Positions 9,863 through 20,053 are shown, counted from the stretch's first letter. The stretch is DNA of 64,000 nt from an uncultured Thermodesulfobacteriota bacterium (GCA_964478545.1 CAYZIS010000013.1:3747-67746), one strand, 5' to 3'. Numbers and translations: made by a program. Notes: generated by a model not told the origin, from the letters alone.

Positions 9863-11430
9863 GGTATCTTTTTTCGAACCAGAGCGGCCACGGCAGCCAT
9901 TTCCCGGCTTCCCAGGGCCAGGGAACTGACGGCATATATCAATCCACCGGCAATAACCAGGGCTATTAATTTCCCGGCATCTAGCAACTGGTGGCTATAG
10001 CTGATGGCAAACCAGGGAAATTTAGTCAGCAATAATAATGATGCAGTCATAATGCCTGATGCCGCCAGTGCCTGTATCAGGGGTTTCAGGATCCCCCTGA
10101 TTTTCAGTTGTTGCTGTTTTTTCCTGAGCAGGAGAAAAAGTAGAATAAGAAAATTGGCAGCGCTTGATATGGCAGTCGCCAGGGCCAGGCCGATATGTTT
10201 GAGCGGGAACATTAATGCCAGGGCAACAATAATATTTATTACTAAGGCGATTCCCCCGACCTTCACCGGGGTAGCGGCATCCTGAAGCGAATAAAATGTT
10301 GGCACAATGATACGCAGGGCGGCGTAGGCCCATAACCCGCAGGTGTAGGCAATCAGTGTCTGGGAGACCATGATGGTTGAATTGGCATCGAAATGGCCCC
10401 GTTGAAAAAGGACGTAGATGATAGGTTTGCTCAAGACAATCAGCCCGGCCATGGCCGGCAGGGTGATGAACAACAATCCTCGGATGGCCAGGGAGAAGGT
10501 TTGGGAAAAGTCAGCCCATTGCTCGCCATGAGCCTGTTTGCTTAACGTTGGCAGAATTGCTGTTCCTAAAGCGACGGCAAAAATACCTAAGGGAAACTGG
10601 ACCAGTCGGTCGGAATAGTAAAGATATGAAATACTGCCATCAACCAGAAATGAAGCCAGCAGCGTATTGACAAAAATGGTGATCTGGGTGATGGCCAGGC
10701 CCACGAGCGATGGTCCCATGAGTTTCATGATATTTTTGATTGCCGGATGACGGAAATGATATTTAGGGACCAGTGAAAATCCTGCCCGGTGTAGAAAAGG
10801 AACTTGGAAAGCCAGTTGGGTAATACCCCCCAGGATGACACCTATGCTAAGGGCCAGGGCCGGATTTCCCAGGGGTCGGCTGAACAGGCAGATGGCAGTG
10901 ATCATGCAGATATTCAGTAATACCGGCGCCAGGGCCGGGGCAAAGAAATGTTCGACGGAATTTAAGATTCCCATGGACAGCGCCACCAGACTGATGAGCA
11001 GGATGTAAGGAAACATGATGCGACTGAGAAAAACAGTGAGCTGAAATTTATCGGGATTGTGCTGGAATCCGGGGGCGATCAATTTAACAATCAGTGGTGA
11101 AAAAATGATTCCGGCAATGGTTACCAGGACGAGGATGATAGAAACCAAGGTGAGTGCCGTCTGGGCAATGTCACGGGCTTCCTGTCGTTTATCTTCTGCC
11201 AGATAACGGCTGAAAACCGGGATGAAAGAAGCGGTCAGTGAGCCCTCGCCAAAAAGCCGGCGGAGCAAGTTGGGAATTCTGAAGGCGACAAAAAAGGCAT
11301 CGGCGGTAAAACTGGTGCCCAGAAAACGAGCAATAACCATGTCTCGGACGAAACCAAGAATCCGACTGGCAAAAGTGGCGCTGCTGACGATTCCAGCGGC
11401 CCGGATAATTCGCTGTTTGCTATCACTCAT
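9859..11430 (-). CDS. murJ: Lipid II flippase MurJ (MviN)
   Basis: SRILGFVRD, DAFFVAFRIPNLLRRLFGEG, YYSDRLVQFPLGIF. Confidence 0.97.
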   Translation of the reverse strand: MSDSKQRIIRAAGIVSSATFASRILGFVRDMVIARFLGTSFTADAFFVAFRIPNLLRRLFGEGSLTASFIPVFSRYLAEDKRQEARDIAQTALTLVSIILVLVTIAGIIFSPLIVKLIAPGFQHNPDKFQLTVFLSRIMFPYILLISLVALSMGILNSVEHFFAPALAPVLLNICMITAICLFSRPLGNPALALSIGVILGGITQLAFQVPFLHRAGFSLVPKYHFRHPAIKNIMKLMGPSLVGLAITQITIFVNTLLASFLVDGSISYLYYSDRLVQFPLGIFAVALGTAILPTLSKQAHGEQWADFSQTFSLAIRGLLFITLPAMAGLIVLSKPIIYVLFQRGHFDANSTIMVSQTLIAYTCGLWAYAALRIIVPTFYSLQDAATPVKVGGIALVINIIVALALMFPLKHIGLALATAISSAANFLILLFLLLRKKQQQLKIRGILKPLIQALAASGIMTASLLLLTKFPWFAISYSHQLLDAGKLIALVIAGGLIYAVSSLALGSREMAAVAALVRKKIP

Positions 11431-13352
11431 GGTTTGATGGCAGCAGAAAATTGGTTAATTATCTTCAATGCCTGGGGACTCAAGGGAGCTAATCGACTAT
11501 CTTCCTGTTTCCAGGAAAAAGGGGTAGTACTGGCAAAGATTTTTTGTTCTTGACGGTTGAAACTGAAAAGTGTGGTCTGACTGATGGCCTCCGGCGGCCG
11601 GGAAAAAGTTGCAAACTCTATCTGGCTTTCACCGTTACCATGATTGTTTACCACAACGAGCCCGTGGTTGTAGGACAGCTTGAGTTCGATGAGCTTCTGC
11701 TTAATAGCGGAAAACTCCTTGATAATGGCATCTTCGCTGATCTTTAGTTCGGCAATTTCCTGGGAGATCAAATGGTAGGTTTTAAGACGTTTTACCATGA
11801 TTGCAGTTATGGAGATCTGCAGTCGTTCGCGGAGTTCATCGATTTGCCCATGGGAAATCAACTGCATAATTGCGGCTCTCTGCTGGTCGGTCAGACTCAT
11901 GTTTTTCTGTTGTTCGATAGTTTGAAAAAGATGGGTGATTTCTTTTTCAAGTTGAGATTGGAGATGAACTTTTTTGGTCACTTGAGGGATGAAATGATCG
12001 AGTTTGGCTGACAACTTTTTCATTTCCAGGTTTATTTCTTCTTCCTGCTGCTGGTAAGCTGGTAAAGCCATAGGATCAATACCCAGGACTGATTTTCCAC
12101 TGCCGAAAATACCATGGCAGTAAATAAAAGTGCCGGCGGTTACTGTTCCGGCATGCATGGCATCACTAATGATAACCTCAGAACCCTTCATGATTGAGGT
12201 TATGCAGGTTTCAACTATTATCTGCCGGCCGATGACGGTGCTATTTTCAACCACGGCGTTGATCTGGATATCATCTCCTTCAATGAAGGCCCCCACCACC
12301 TTGTTAATGGAGATATGCTTGCCGATGATCCTGGCACCCGGATCGACAATCCCCGAAATTTTGATATTTTCCCCTTTCAACACGGCGCCCCGGCCAACGT
12401 TGCCGTTGACCGTGATCTTCTTAGCCATCAGGGTGAATCCCGGTTTTACCGTATCCTGGAGAATATTATTGGACCCCTCAACCTTAATGGCGGTTGATAC
12501 CTGGCTGAATTCTTTTATGGCAATGTTGCCGGTGGAAAAATCCACCTGGCTAACCAGAACATCAGGGTCAATGAAAAAACCTTTGGCGGGATCACGGTAG
12601 AGAAAACCGGTAATTAGTGCTTTGAGAATTGTCCGGTTTTTTTCCGGCTGTTCCTCGGCGGTGATTGATTTGTGGTCATAGGCAAGTTTAATTACTTCTT
12701 TACCCGGTTCAGCCGGAATGGGATCGCCATAAATGGTTGATCCATCAATGCCGGCAGTCGCATGGGTCAAAATAGCGATATCACTGTTCTTTTTAACCAA
12801 TTTGTCACTGAATCCCAAATCATGATAATCTATTTTCCCCGTTTTTTCATCGCTGATTTTCCCCGGTTTTAGTTCCAGATCAATAAGTTCCTCCAGGAAA
12901 CTGTTCTTTCCTGGTTGGGGTAGAGTTGGGGATGCCAGCTGGATGGTAAAATAATTCCGGTACCTTCCCTGCTTCTGGTATCCTTCCAGGTAGGTGGCGA
13001 TATGATTTTTCAGCTTTTGTGTGTTTGGCAGGCCGTGGATAATTCTACTGCCAGCAATTACCTCTTGCATTTTGACCAGGATTTCACTCTTTACCGCCGC
13101 TGCGGACGGGTTCAGGATGCGTGAGTTGGGCCGGATAGAAAGGTAGGCATATTGTTCCCCATCCACTTCATCAAGGTGAATGAAAATATCCAGTTTTTCA
13201 ATATGTTGTTCTGAATTATTCATAAAAATGGCTAATTCCTGCTCTTTCTGGCTATAACCTAGATTTTTCCCGTATGCTATTTCATATCTTGTGGTGATAA
13301 ACAAGAGATTTTTTGTTCCAATAACGAATTCGCGGATGAGTTCTCTAATCAA
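11427..13352 (-). CDS. Second FapA/DUF342 family protein (alternative start 13223)
   Basis: GKIDYHDLG, DGSTIYGDPIPAEPG, VDFSTGNI, beta-helix-like ITVNGNVGRGAVLKG, C-terminal coiled coil. Confidence 0.72.
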   Translation of the reverse strand: MIRELIREFVIGTKNLLFITTRYEIAYGKNLGYSQKEQELAIFMNNSEQHIEKLDIFIHLDEVDGEQYAYLSIRPNSRILNPSAAAVKSEILVKMQEVIAGSRIIHGLPNTQKLKNHIATYLEGYQKQGRYRNYFTIQLASPTLPQPGKNSFLEELIDLELKPGKISDEKTGKIDYHDLGFSDKLVKKNSDIAILTHATAGIDGSTIYGDPIPAEPGKEVIKLAYDHKSITAEEQPEKNRTILKALITGFLYRDPAKGFFIDPDVLVSQVDFSTGNIAIKEFSQVSTAIKVEGSNNILQDTVKPGFTLMAKKITVNGNVGRGAVLKGENIKISGIVDPGARIIGKHISINKVVGAFIEGDDIQINAVVENSTVIGRQIIVETCITSIMKGSEVIISDAMHAGTVTAGTFIYCHGIFGSGKSVLGIDPMALPAYQQQEEEINLEMKKLSAKLDHFIPQVTKKVHLQSQLEKEITHLFQTIEQQKNMSLTDQQRAAIMQLISHGQIDELRERLQISITAIMVKRLKTYHLISQEIAELKISEDAIIKEFSAIKQKLIELKLSYNHGLVVVNNHGNGESQIEFATFSRPPEAISQTTLFSFNRQEQKIFASTTPFSWKQEDSRLAPLSPQALKIINQFSAAIKP

Positions 13353-13489
13353 TGCTTGTTATCCACCGTCATCATTAAAATGATTTTTCCGCTTTACATA
13401 ATTTATATATATTGATAATGATTAGGCAGACAGGGAAGTAAGGGTACTATTTTGTTCGTTATGTTGTTGATACTGGCAGGAGGTCGACC

Positions 13490-13798
13490 GTGAGTGATCA
13501 GGTATGTGTCCGGATAGCTGAGATTTTGAAGGTTTTGGGACATCCTATCCGCCTTCGCATTGTTCAGACTCTTTTAACCGAGGAGTCTTGTGTTAAAAAT
13601 ATATGGAGTTGTCTTAACTTGCCCCAAGCCACTGTTTCCCAGCACCTTTCCGTATTAAAAGGCAAAGGTATAGTTGCTTCCGCCAGAGAGGGGGTGTCCA
13701 TGCGCTACTGGGTCAGCGATGAGATCAGTAAAATGATTGTCCATGCGCTTATGGATCATATGGGGATGGATTGCCGTACGGATTGCCAGGATAAATAA
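13490..13798 (+). CDS. ArsR/SmtB family regulator
   Basis: LKVLGHPIRLRIV, QATVSQHLSVLK, five Cys residues. Confidence 0.92.
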   Translation: MSDQVCVRIAEILKVLGHPIRLRIVQTLLTEESCVKNIWSCLNLPQATVSQHLSVLKGKGIVASAREGVSMRYWVSDEISKMIVHALMDHMGMDCRTDCQDK

Positions 13799-13822
13799 AA
13801 TCATAAAGAAAGAGAAGAACTT

Positions 13823-14017
13823 ATGCCTATTTATGAATATTGTTGCCAAAAATGTGGTCATTGCTTTGAAGTGCTTCAAAAAATGGGAGAGGGAAGTGAC
13901 TTTTTGACCTGTCCTCAGTGTGGGGCTCCAAAACCGGTTAAGAAGGTGGCCGCCTGCGCCATTTCCCGCAGTTCATCTTCGACGGGCTCTTGTGCGGCTA
14001 AAAGTGGTTTCTCATGA
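13823..14017 (+). CDS. FmdB family zinc-ribbon protein (possible Sec readthrough to 14026)
   Basis: [12 protein letters not shown]...CPQCG; ends with TGA followed by GCA TCC TAA. Confidence 0.88.
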   Translation: MPIYEYCCQKCGHCFEVLQKMGEGSDFLTCPQCGAPKPVKKVAACAISRSSSSTGSCAAKSGFS

Positions 14018-14100
14018 GCATCCTAATTCCGGGACGGGTTCCCGCCACATGTTTTGCTTGTTATTGAAAGGACTGGGATTGCTGCCAATTCGGTCTTTTT

Positions 14101-15009
14101 CTATTTCTGCCTGCTGGACTCATTGATATCCAGTATTTTTGTTCCGGTGATATAGTCTTTGGTTTGATATGATATCAGTTCTTCCATCTTTTTAATAATG
14201 TCTGCCATCCGCAAAGATTGCTGGTAAATTATGTTGAGCTTTCGCTCCTGCCTGTCATCCAGGGTTTTGGTGGGATTATCAGCTAGCAGCTCTGAGGCAC
14301 CGATAATGGCCGTTAATGGTTGCCTCAATTCATGGGCGATGCCTCCCGCCGTGCCGATCATTGCGGCGGCCCGTTCAGCTTCAATAATTTTAACCTGCAT
14401 GGCTTGAATTTCTTTGGTTTTGCTCTTGACCATGGATTCCAGGTTCTCGGTGTAGCATTCTATTGCATCTGACAGGGTGGTTTTTCCGGTTAAATCCTCA
14501 ATGAAAATGGAAAACTGCTGTTGACTGTTATCAGCATCCAGGTACGGTATCATGGTAAAAGAAAGGGTGATGGAGCCATCTTTGTCAGGTAAGGAAACAG
14601 TTATCCGTTGTGGTTGTAATCCGGGGTTTCCATCAATGATCAGGTGAAGATTTTTGGTGTCAGCTTTTCTTTCTGCCAGGACTTCAATGAGATTTAAGCC
14701 GTTCAGTGATTTGTTTGACTCAACGAGCAGAAAATCAGCCAGCCGATTGCTGAAATGTACGTCCCCTTGGGCATCGATATTGACGATTCCATAGGGGGCA
14801 TTCTCCAGGATTACCGCTAATAACGGGTTTTCAAGGTTTTTTGTAACGGCCGGGGCTGAAAGTCGTTCAAGGAATTGATTAATTCGGGTGCACAAAAGGT
14901 AGAGTGGGTCATCTGGAGGTGGAATTTCCAGTGGTTGAAAAAGATTTCCTGAATCTTTCTGTTGGAAAAATTCTTCCAGTTTGTTCAATGTGGTTTTGAG
15001 CGTATTCAT
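14101..15009 (-). CDS. PAS + HisKA protein lacking a HATPase domain
   Basis: ILENAPYGIVNIDAQG (PAS), AHELRQPLTAIIG (H-box); the protein ends about 55 aa later with no N/G1/G2 boxes. Confidence 0.8.
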   Translation of the reverse strand: MNTLKTTLNKLEEFFQQKDSGNLFQPLEIPPPDDPLYLLCTRINQFLERLSAPAVTKNLENPLLAVILENAPYGIVNIDAQGDVHFSNRLADFLLVESNKSLNGLNLIEVLAERKADTKNLHLIIDGNPGLQPQRITVSLPDKDGSITLSFTMIPYLDADNSQQQFSIFIEDLTGKTTLSDAIECYTENLESMVKSKTKEIQAMQVKIIEAERAAAMIGTAGGIAHELRQPLTAIIGASELLADNPTKTLDDRQERKLNIIYQQSLRMADIIKKMEELISYQTKDYITGTKILDINESSRQK

Positions 15010-15057
15010 AATTTTAATTGTTGATATCCGGTGAGTTTATGTTTCAGATTACACTTA

Positions 15058-15084
15058 CTTTCGGCAGGTCCAGCGGATTATTTA
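15058..15084 (-). promoter_or_regulatory. sigma-28-like promoter of the PAS-HisKA gene
   Basis: Minus strand TAAA-N15-GCCGAAAG. Confidence 0.55.
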
Positions 15085-15139
15085 ACGGTTTTTAGTAAGC
15101 CAAGGTGACCATTGAGAATTTTTTTTGGTTACCAGGGCT

Positions 15140-15165
15140 TAAAAAAATATTATTATTGCCGAAAT
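15140..15165 (+). promoter_or_regulatory. sigma-28-like promoter of the TPR gene
   Basis: TAAA-N14-GCCGAAAT. Confidence 0.45.
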
Positions 15166-15269
15166 AGGGAAAATAGCTGGATATATTTGGTGTTGAGTTG
15201 AAATGGTGATTATGTTTATTGTTCCGGCGGGATGGATTTTCAATCGTTGTTTATAAGGAGCTTAATTTG

Positions 15270-16025
15270 ATGGCTGAAGCCGACAAAATTGATGGATATT
15301 ACAGTGAACAGGTAAAAATATCTTTGGGAACCGGGGCGACTAAACGTCAGACCACCGGGGAAAATATTTTTCTGGCGAAAGAACGTCCGGACGGGACCGT
15401 GGAAATGTGCTTATTAAATATGAAGGGGGAGCCGACCAACATTAGGGAAGTGGTGGAAAGGGAGGAGTTCCTTCGTCGCTGCAAACCCAAAAAAGATTAT
15501 CTGCTGCCGTCAAAAAAGCTTGATGATGGTCACTTGCAGAAAAAAGCGGAAGCGGACAAACGTGCATCCCGAGGCAATCTGCATCTTAAACGCAAGGAAT
15601 ATAACAGTGCTGAGTTTGAGTATGATTCAGCCTTGAAAATTGATGAGGAAAACGTCAGAGCCCATTATGGCTTGGGAAAGATGCATCTGGAAAAAGGTGA
15701 GAAGGAAAAGGCCCAGGAGATATTTCGCCAGCTGTCACAGATAGATGCCCTTTTTGAAGAGGACAATAGCCATATTTTTAACGATTTTGGGATAGATTTG
15801 CGCCAGAATAAAATGTATGATGAAGCCATTGCCAATTATAGCAAGGCTCTGAAAATAAGTACCCATGATCCCATCCTTCATTTTAATCTCGCCAGAGCAT
15901 ATATTGGCAAGGAAATGTGGTCGGAAGCGTTGACGTATTTGGAAAAAGCCCTGGTCTTGAAAAATGATTTTCCGGAGGCGGAAAAACTGATAAAAATGGT
16001 TTCTGTAAAAACTTCTGCGAAATAA
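15270..16025 (+). CDS. Tetratricopeptide repeat protein
   Basis: Several TPR helices (AHYGLGKMHL, FNDFGIDLRQ, LHFNLARAY); RBS AAGGAG before ATG 15270. Confidence 0.85.
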   Translation: MAEADKIDGYYSEQVKISLGTGATKRQTTGENIFLAKERPDGTVEMCLLNMKGEPTNIREVVEREEFLRRCKPKKDYLLPSKKLDDGHLQKKAEADKRASRGNLHLKRKEYNSAEFEYDSALKIDEENVRAHYGLGKMHLEKGEKEKAQEIFRQLSQIDALFEEDNSHIFNDFGIDLRQNKMYDEAIANYSKALKISTHDPILHFNLARAYIGKEMWSEALTYLEKALVLKNDFPEAEKLIKMVSVKTSAK

Positions 16026-16063
16026 TTCATCCCCTGAATTTCCTTGAAAAATGAAGCGATTCT

Positions 16064-17050
16064 ATGAGTGAACCGGTTGTATCCCAGAATGTGCTTACCT
16101 ACACGTATGCCGGTGACGGCAAAAAAAGGTTGGATATCTTTCTCCATGAGGCAGCAGCTGAATTTTCCCGGAGTCGACTGCAGACGCTGATCAGGGACGG
16201 ACTTGTGCTGGTGGATGGCCAAGCCAGAAAAACCTCGTTCATGTTGATGGGAGGTGAGGAGATCAGGCTTAATAATCCTGTCCCGACAAAACCCATACGG
16301 GTACTTCCCGAAGCCATCCCCCTGGATATTATTTATGAAGATCAAAGTTTGCTGGTGCTTGATAAACCGGCGGGATTGGTGGTTCATCCTGCAGCCGGCA
16401 ACTGGGATGGTACCTTGGTTAATGCGCTTTTGCATCATTGCCATGATCTGGCTGGAATCGGAGGAGAGTTGCGCCCGGGCATTGTTCATCGACTTGATCG
16501 GGATACCTCCGGCGTGCTGGTGGTGGCCAAGGATGATTTTTCGCATCGGCATTTATCCCTGCAGTTTAAACAGCATACCATCGCCAGGGAATATGTGGCC
16601 CTGGTTTACGGTCGGATAAAACAGACAAAAGGAAGTTTTGCCTCCAATTTGGGACGTAATCCTCGGGATCGTAAAAAAATGGCTTCAGTTATGCGAGGCG
16701 GGCGGCGGGCAGTCACTCACTATGAAGTGCTTGAACGGTTGCCAGCGACAACCTTTTTACGTCTCAAGCTGGAAACAGGCCGTACCCATCAAATTCGTGT
16801 TCACCTGAGCGAAGCATCTTATCCTCTGGTGGGAGACCAGATTTATGGGAAAAAAGGTATTGAACGCCAGTATGCCGGCGATGGCCAGCTGGCTTTTTTA
16901 AGGAATTTCCCCCGACAAGTTTTGCATGCCAGACTCTTAGGGTTTGTCCATCCACGATCCGGGGAATACCTGGAATTCACTGCTCCGGCTCCTGATGATA
17001 TGGAAGATTTACTGCACCGCCTCCGGCAGCTTGACCAGAACGGGAATTAA
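16064..17050 (+). CDS. rluD: RluA family pseudouridine synthase with S4 domain
   Basis: DKPAGLVVHP, HRLDRDTSG, LETGRTHQIRVH. Confidence 0.93.
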   Translation: MSEPVVSQNVLTYTYAGDGKKRLDIFLHEAAAEFSRSRLQTLIRDGLVLVDGQARKTSFMLMGGEEIRLNNPVPTKPIRVLPEAIPLDIIYEDQSLLVLDKPAGLVVHPAAGNWDGTLVNALLHHCHDLAGIGGELRPGIVHRLDRDTSGVLVVAKDDFSHRHLSLQFKQHTIAREYVALVYGRIKQTKGSFASNLGRNPRDRKKMASVMRGGRRAVTHYEVLERLPATTFLRLKLETGRTHQIRVHLSEASYPLVGDQIYGKKGIERQYAGDGQLAFLRNFPRQVLHARLLGFVHPRSGEYLEFTAPAPDDMEDLLHRLRQLDQNGN

Positions 17051-17866
17051 ATGAAGCACAATTCGCCTTTTGACCTTGACGAATCAGGCCCCATTTCCTA
17101 TCTTAGCATCGATACCGGACTGCCGGTTTGGGCTGCGTTTTCTACCCGGAAGGGTGGGATAAGTGATCCGCCCTATGCGACTGCCAATATGGCTTATCAT
17201 GTGGGTGATGATCCCCGGATGGTGGAGGAGAATCGTCTTTTGCTGTCTGCCGCGGTGACCGGGCGTGAAGGGGTGCCGGTTTGTACTGCTTCCCAGGTTC
17301 ATGGCAACCGCTTTTTGCTTTTGGACAGTAGTACTCCGATGGCGATCAATGAATTGGAAAATCAGCCGGCAGATTCACTGATAACCGCTGCCCGGGGAAT
17401 CCTGCTTGGCATTATGACTGCTGACTGCCTGCCAGTTTTACTCATTGACCGGCAGGCTCGGGCAGTGGCGGCTGTCCACGCCGGCTGGCGGGGACTTTTG
17501 GCCCGGGTTGTTCCCCGGACAATGAAAGCCATGGAAATAAATTATGGGGTTGCCCCAGCTGATTTGCTGGTTTTACTGGGTCCCTGTATCGGCCGTTGCT
17601 GTTATCAGGTAGGAGAAGAACTTATAAGGAAATTTGCGGCAGAGCTTCCTTTTGCTGTTGACCATACGTGGTATGATGAGTTGTCCGGCGATTATTATCT
17701 GGATCTGGTGCGGCTACAGGTTTTGCAACTCCAGGAAATGGGGGTTCTGCCAACCGCAGTGAAGGTGGCAGACCTGTGTACGGCTTGCAAAAATTTTTTC
17801 TTTTCCTATCGCCGAGAGCATGGTATAATGGGCCGGCAAATTGCCGTTGTTGGTTTGGTGGATTGA
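17051..17866 (+). CDS. pgeF: Peptidoglycan editing factor PgeF (YfiH)
   Basis: QVHG, TADCLPVL, HAGWRG, GPCIGRCCYQV, FFSYRRE. Confidence 0.93.
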   Translation: MKHNSPFDLDESGPISYLSIDTGLPVWAAFSTRKGGISDPPYATANMAYHVGDDPRMVEENRLLLSAAVTGREGVPVCTASQVHGNRFLLLDSSTPMAINELENQPADSLITAARGILLGIMTADCLPVLLIDRQARAVAAVHAGWRGLLARVVPRTMKAMEINYGVAPADLLVLLGPCIGRCCYQVGEELIRKFAAELPFAVDHTWYDELSGDYYLDLVRLQVLQLQEMGVLPTAVKVADLCTACKNFFFSYRREHGIMGRQIAVVGLVD

Positions 17867-17905
17867 TGCAGAATATGCGATTTAAACCGTTTTGGGGAAG
17901 GATAT

Positions 17906-18208
17906 ATGTTTGTTTTGAGTAATTTACTGATAGGTTTTGCCAAGATTCTGGATGTTGTCCTTTCCATCTATATGTGGCTTATTATTGCCCGGGCAATACT
18001 GTCCTGGGTGAATCCTGATCCCTACAATGCGATTGTCAGGTTCCTCTACCGGGTGACGGAGCCGGTATTATATAAAATCAGGAGCATGATTCCCAGTTAT
18101 GGTATGGGAATTGATTTTTCTCCCATGGTTGTTTTTCTGATTATTATTTTTCTCCGATCTTTTCTCGTTCAGTCATTAATTGATCTTGCTTACCGTCTTT
18201 CCGGCTGA
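17906..18208 (+). CDS. yggT: YggT family membrane protein
   Basis: ILSWVNPDPYN, VTEPVL, IDFSPMV. Confidence 0.92.
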   Translation: MFVLSNLLIGFAKILDVVLSIYMWLIIARAILSWVNPDPYNAIVRFLYRVTEPVLYKIRSMIPSYGMGIDFSPMVVFLIIIFLRSFLVQSLIDLAYRLSG

Positions 18209-18246
18209 TTGCTGGATTATGTCGGCGGGCAGTTGGTATTCTGCTG

Positions 18247-18537
18247 ATGAGCTTGTGGTATCGCGAAAGCAAGGGTCGGCTGTTGTTTCGGGTACAGCTC
18301 CAACCGCGGGCGTCCGCGAATCGTGTTCTCGGCATCCATGGGGAGGCGGTAAAGATCAGTCTGACAGCCCCGCCGGTAGAAGGTGCAGCCAACAAAATGT
18401 GCCGCGAATTTCTGGCTCGGTTGCTTGGCTTGCCAAAATCCCAGGTGGAGCAGGTCGGTGGGCTCAAGTCGAGGTTGAAAACCTTTGCAATTCCGGAGAT
18501 GGACCCGGCGCTTTTGCGGCAGAAACTGGGGGTATAA
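18247..18537 (+). CDS. DUF167 (YggU) family protein
   Basis: VQLQPRAS, APPVEGAANK, GLKSRLK. Confidence 0.9.
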   Translation: MSLWYRESKGRLLFRVQLQPRASANRVLGIHGEAVKISLTAPPVEGAANKMCREFLARLLGLPKSQVEQVGGLKSRLKTFAIPEMDPALLRQKLGV

Positions 18538-18649
18538 GGAATTATATAGCCTGTTTTTCCCGGGTGAAAGTACAACTTAGACGAATGGAAAAGTAATTAA
18601 TTCCATGTGGTTACATGATACTATTTAGTTATTGTAGGGAGTTTGTCAA

Positions 18650-18934
18650 ATGCCGATATATGAATACCGCTGTGAAAAATGCCAGCACCAGTTTGATCTC
18701 TTGCAGAAAATAACCGATGAGCCGGTAAAGGAATGTCCTGAATGTGGCGGGCCGGTGAGTAAATTAATTTCATCGACCAGTTTTATTTTGAAAGGATCAG
18801 GCTGGTATGTGACCGATTATGGCAAGGGCAAAGGGAAGGGGCATACCGGGGAAGCAGGAATCAAAAACGAAGCTAAAAACGAAAAGAAAAAAGAGAGCAA
18901 ACCAGCCGCCAAAGATAAAGCTGCAGCGGCATAG
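18650..18934 (+). CDS. FmdB family zinc-ribbon protein
   Basis: [11 protein letters not shown]...CPECGG...[13 protein letters not shown]. Confidence 0.92.
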   Translation: MPIYEYRCEKCQHQFDLLQKITDEPVKECPECGGPVSKLISSTSFILKGSGWYVTDYGKGKGKGHTGEAGIKNEAKNEKKKESKPAAKDKAAAA

Positions 18935-19078
18935 TTCTGAATTAAGATTTTAGCTACGAGTTTAATGGTTACAGGATGTTTACTATTGTAAACTGTCACT
19001 TGTTGGGTGTTATTAATATAATGTCTTGGTTTTGAAAAGCTAAACGCTGATGGCTAACTGCTCATCGCTTAACGTAGG
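18935..19078. mobile_element. About 150-bp heptamer-armed dispersed element, copy A (inverted relative to copies B and C)
   Basis: Aligns by eye with the reverse complement of 36701-36867, e.g. AAAGCTAAACGCTGAT(G/A)GCTAACTGC and TTACAGGAT(G/T)TTTACTATT(G/A)TAAACTGTCAC. Confidence 0.75.
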
Positions 19079-20053
19079 TTAGTGAATAGTTTTGTAACCC
19101 AGTATATATTCAAAGGTAGCATTGATAACCAGACGTTCCGTCTCCATTCGTGCCGGTAATGGCGGGAATGGGGAGGCATCATGCACCGCCCTGATAGCTT
19201 CCTGATCCAGTAGTGCAAATCCCGATGATCGTAGGACCTTAGCTTCCGCCAGGCTTCCATCCCGGTTGATCACAAATCTCATCAGTAGTCTGCCCTGCAG
19301 GCCGGATGCCCTGGCCAGATACGGGTACTCCCAGACCAGCTCAATTTTCCGCTTTAGATTGATGTAATAGGAATGGAACTTGAACTGTTCCGTATTCAGC
19401 TGAATATTTTTGCCACTGTCAATATCTTCCGGTAGTTTGCTTGCCCGTTGTTTTTTGGCACTCTCCCGGGATATTTGGGTCAATTCATCATAGCTGGGGA
19501 ACAGTTTTTTTGCTGCCTTTGATTGTGACTTGACTTCTGCTGTTTCTTTTTTGCTGACCGAACGCCTGGCTTTTTGTAAGGCTTTTGATTGCCTGTTTAT
19601 GGGGATTTTACCCATTGGCTGCCGTTGTTTGCTTTCTGCGGTTTTTTGCGGCTTTTTTGGCACTTGTTTTTGCGCCTTTGGTACTGGTTTTACTGCTGGT
19701 TTCGGGCGCGAAATCACCGATTTTTTCGGGGCCGGAGGTGGTGTTGCCGGACGGCTTATTTGGTCAGGACCGGAATCAGGAATTTGTTTTTTAAGTCTTG
19801 TTTCATGCTCTGCCCGGCGGTTTTTTTCGGTCAGGAAGCGGGGATTGATTGGTTTTTTTTTAAGTTTTTTTGGAGATTCTTTCTCCGGTGGCAGTTCTAT
19901 GATGCTTATGGGAGTTGGTTCTTTATTAGTTGAAGCAAAAAGTTTTTGCAGGTCTGCCTCAGGTGACCAGCTGCGGTAATGGTAGAAAAGCCATAGATGT
20001 GCCAGCAGGGAGAGCAGCAGGAAAAAATAAATGGCGTGTTTTTTTTCAATCAA
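19079..20053 (-). CDS. TonB family energy transducer
   Basis: N-terminal TM, Pro/Lys-rich stalk, C-terminal WEYPYLARASGLQG...SSGFALLDQEAIRAV. Confidence 0.9.
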   Translation of the reverse strand: MIEKKHAIYFFLLLSLLAHLWLFYHYRSWSPEADLQKLFASTNKEPTPISIIELPPEKESPKKLKKKPINPRFLTEKNRRAEHETRLKKQIPDSGPDQISRPATPPPAPKKSVISRPKPAVKPVPKAQKQVPKKPQKTAESKQRQPMGKIPINRQSKALQKARRSVSKKETAEVKSQSKAAKKLFPSYDELTQISRESAKKQRASKLPEDIDSGKNIQLNTEQFKFHSYYINLKRKIELVWEYPYLARASGLQGRLLMRFVINRDGSLAEAKVLRSSGFALLDQEAIRAVHDASPFPPLPARMETERLVINATFEYILGYKTIH

